This document shows, one piece after another, positions 61,935 to 64,000 of a stretch of DNA of 64,000 nucleotides (its first letter is position 1; each line of letters opens with the position of its first letter). The notes under the pieces are model-generated. The model was not told where the DNA came from and made no database searches. It was given only the letters and a program-made list of their open reading frames with translations. The stretch is taken from contig JANMDX010000017.1 in NCBI GenBank assembly GCA_031376505.1, positions 49,172 to 113,171 of the forward strand, in the 5' to 3' direction. Source of the stretch: Acidobacteriota bacterium. GTDB taxonomy: Bacteria; Acidobacteriota; Vicinamibacteria; Vicinamibacterales; UBA2999. The position numbers and the translations under genes were made by a program.

Positions 61935-63758
61935 ATGCGCACACGCACCCTGTTCACGGCGTCAGCATTCGTGCTCGCGGCCGGCACCGCGCTGGTCGTC
62001 GGCCAGCAGCAAGCGGCCGAGGCGCCCGCGTCGAGCCGGCCCGCGATGACCCGGCCCGCCGTGGCGGGACGCCACGGCCTGGTCACAAGCGGGCATCCCA
62101 TCGTGTCGTCGGCCGGCCTGCAGATCCTGCTCAAGGGCGGGAACGCGTTCGATGCGGTCGCGGCCGTGGGCGCCATGGCCGCGCTCGGCGAACCTGAAAT
62201 GAACGGCATCGGCGGCAACGGCTTCATGACCGTCTTTCACAAGGCGACGGGCAAGGTCTGGTCGCTGTCGATGGCGGGGGCGGCCCCCAAGGCGCTCGTG
62301 CCCGCCGAGATGACGCCCGACCTGCTGAACGCGGGCATGAAGGCGGGCATCACGCCGGGCAACATCGGCGGCTATCTGTCGATCATCGAGCGCTACGGCA
62401 CGATGACCCTCGCCGAGGTGTTCGCGCCGGCTATTGAATACGCCGAGCAGGGCTACCCAATCGATCCGATGCTGGCGCAATCGATCGCGCGCGGCGCCAA
62501 GAACCTGTCGCAGTACCCCACGACCGCGAAAATCTTCATGCCGAACGGCGTGGCCCTCAAAGCCGGCGACTTGCTGAAGAATCCCGACTACGCCGCCACG
62601 CTCCGCAAGCTCGTCGAGGCCGAAACGCAGGCCAAGGCCAAGGGCGCCACGCGCGAGGCCGCGATTCGCGCCGCGTTCGACCGGTTCTACAAAGGCGACA
62701 TCGCGCAAGAATTCGAGCGTTTCTTCAAGGCCAACGGCGGCGTGCTCACGGCCGCCGATTTGGCGGCCTACGCGCCGCAGTGGACCGAGCCGCTGCACAC
62801 GGTCTACCGCGGGCACGACGTCTACAGCAACCCGGCCACTTCGCGCGGCGGGTTCGAAGTGCTCATGGGTGCCAACCTGATCGAGGCCGTCGATCTGAAA
62901 GCGGCCGGCGCCAACTCGGCCGCCGCGCTGCACGCGGTGATCGAGTCGATCAAGATCTCGAAGGCCGACATCTACCGCTACGTTGCGGACCCGGCATTCG
63001 TGAAAGTGCCGACGGCCGGCCTGATGTCGCGCGAGTTCACGACCGCGCGCCGCGCGCTGTTTGACCCCACCAAGGCCATTGCGTATCCGCCGCCCGGCGT
63101 TCCCGATGGCAGTACCGCCACCTCGCAACGCGCGGCGGGTCCGGCCTTCGATGAGGCCTACGACCCCGAGCAGCACACCACCTCGTTCTCGGTGCTCGAC
63201 CGCTTCGGCAACGCCGTGGGCGTCACGCCGACGCTGGGCGGACTCTTCGGCAGCAATGTCGTGGTCGGCAACACGGGGCTGCTGCTCAACAACGGCATGC
63301 GTCTCGGCTCCACGTCGCCCTACCCCACCGACGTCAACTACGTGGGCGCGGGCAAGATTCCCGTGCTGAACAACTCGCCGGTCGTCGTACTGAAGGACGG
63401 CAAGCTCGCCTACGTGTTCGGCACGCCCGGCGGCGAGACCATCGGGCAAACCGAGTTCCAGGTGCTGCTCAACCTCGTGGACTTCGACATGCCGGTGCAG
63501 GCCGCCATCGAGGCGCCGCGTCTGTCGCTCGACGCCAAGCCCAACTTCTACAAGCCGGGCGCCGCGATCACGGTGCAGATTGAAGGGCGTGTGCCCGCGG
63601 CCACGATTGCCGCGCTGAAGGCCATGGGTCACATCGTGGAGGTGCTGCCCGGCTGGGGCAGCCTGGGCCACATGCAAGTCATCCGCGTCGACCAGAAGAC
63701 CGGCGCCATGACGGCCGGCGCCGACCCGCGTCGCACCGGCTACGCGATGGGGTACTGA
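61935..63758 (+). CDS. ggt: Gamma-glutamyltransferase
   Basis: Trimmed to MRTRTLFTASAFVLAAG (signal). GGNAFDAVAAV, autoprocessing Thr region EQHTTSFSVLD, and GTPGGETIGQ. Confidence 0.9.
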   Translation: MRTRTLFTASAFVLAAGTALVVGQQQAAEAPASSRPAMTRPAVAGRHGLVTSGHPIVSSAGLQILLKGGNAFDAVAAVGAMAALGEPEMNGIGGNGFMTVFHKATGKVWSLSMAGAAPKALVPAEMTPDLLNAGMKAGITPGNIGGYLSIIERYGTMTLAEVFAPAIEYAEQGYPIDPMLAQSIARGAKNLSQYPTTAKIFMPNGVALKAGDLLKNPDYAATLRKLVEAETQAKAKGATREAAIRAAFDRFYKGDIAQEFERFFKANGGVLTAADLAAYAPQWTEPLHTVYRGHDVYSNPATSRGGFEVLMGANLIEAVDLKAAGANSAAALHAVIESIKISKADIYRYVADPAFVKVPTAGLMSREFTTARRALFDPTKAIAYPPPGVPDGSTATSQRAAGPAFDEAYDPEQHTTSFSVLDRFGNAVGVTPTLGGLFGSNVVVGNTGLLLNNGMRLGSTSPYPTDVNYVGAGKIPVLNNSPVVVLKDGKLAYVFGTPGGETIGQTEFQVLLNLVDFDMPVQAAIEAPRLSLDAKPNFYKPGAAITVQIEGRVPAATIAALKAMGHIVEVLPGWGSLGHMQVIRVDQKTGAMTAGADPRRTGYAMGY

Positions 63759-63791
63759 CGCCGACGGCGCTCTACACCTCGAGGACTACTC

Positions 63792-64000
63792 GTGAGCGTG
63801 TATTTCAAGATTGTGCGGGCCGTCGCCGGGTGGGGCGATCCCATCAGCCGCGACCTCAGCCGGTCGGGCGACCTCTTCGTCGCCCAGTTCCGGCTGGGGC
63901 TGCTCGTGCTGCTGTCGCTCGTGCCGATCACCACGTCGCTGGCCAACCCGCACCTGGTCGAGAACTGGCTTGGCTTGGCGACTATTGCGGTGGCACTTGG
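63792..64000 (+). CDS. Membrane protein, 5' part only (runs off the right edge)
   Basis: Not in the ORF track. From the GTG at 63792 it reads VSVYFKIVRAVAGWGDPISRDLSRSGDLFVAQFRLGLLVLLSLVPITTSLANPHLVENWLGLATIAVAL, with G/C-rich third positions. The function cannot be determined. Confidence 0.4.
   Translation, partial: MSVYFKIVRAVAGWGDPISRDLSRSGDLFVAQFRLGLLVLLSLVPITTSLANPHLVENWLGLATIAVAL

Overview
This is a 64-kb, visibly very GC-rich bacterial chromosomal window (I did not compute the GC value). It is densely coding, with about 55 CDS. I recognised no rRNA, tRNA, CRISPR array, integrase or transposase. The ORF track holds many long Arg/Gly/Pro-rich shadow ORFs, as expected for high-GC DNA. 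I kept the frames that show recognisable protein motifs and G/C-rich third codon positions, and I trimmed several starts to internal ATG/GTG/TTG codons that give ATGA/GTGA coupling or a sensible N terminus. The gene content (DUF1800/DUF1501 pair, Ser/Thr kinase with TolB-like propeller, many secreted peptidases) suggests a soil Acidobacteriota- or Gemmatimonadota-like organism, but that is inference only.

Best candidate for an undescribed system (about 4.3-24.4 kb): a compact, translationally coupled cluster with the gene vocabulary of aryl-polyene / xanthomonadin pigment biosynthesis. It encodes an FkbO/XanB2-type chorismatase, an aryl-acid AMP ligase, an ACP, a KS plus a Cys-less KS partner, FabG, two hot-dog dehydratases, a flavin-dependent halogenase, methyltransferases, a GT2, an LpxL-type acyltransferase and a deacetylase. 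It is joined to an unusual envelope export set: a MacB/LolCDE-type ABC transporter, a free LolA-like protein, and a 982-aa protein that appears to fuse a LolA-like module to an Omp85-like barrel.

Second candidate (54.6-59.4 kb): a four-gene operon built around a CofD/YvcK-like domain fused to a GT2-like domain. The other three genes are an NTP-transferase, a polyprenyl-phosphate-sugar-synthase-like GT2 and a GT-C (DUF2029/GT87-like) membrane transferase.

Other content:
- a divergent GGDEF / HD-GYP pair
- a split NosR/NapH-like flavo-FeS module with ApbE, separated by a roughly 950-bp non-coding stretch full of direct and inverted repeats
- a DUF433/DUF5615 toxin-antitoxin pair plus a nucleotidyltransferase-fold gene, next to a 40-bp perfect repeat of the neighbouring kinase gene
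- a family of CTAG-rich heptamer and GTGACAGC octamer micro-repeats at three gene boundaries

All functional calls come from motif recognition by eye. No database search was run.
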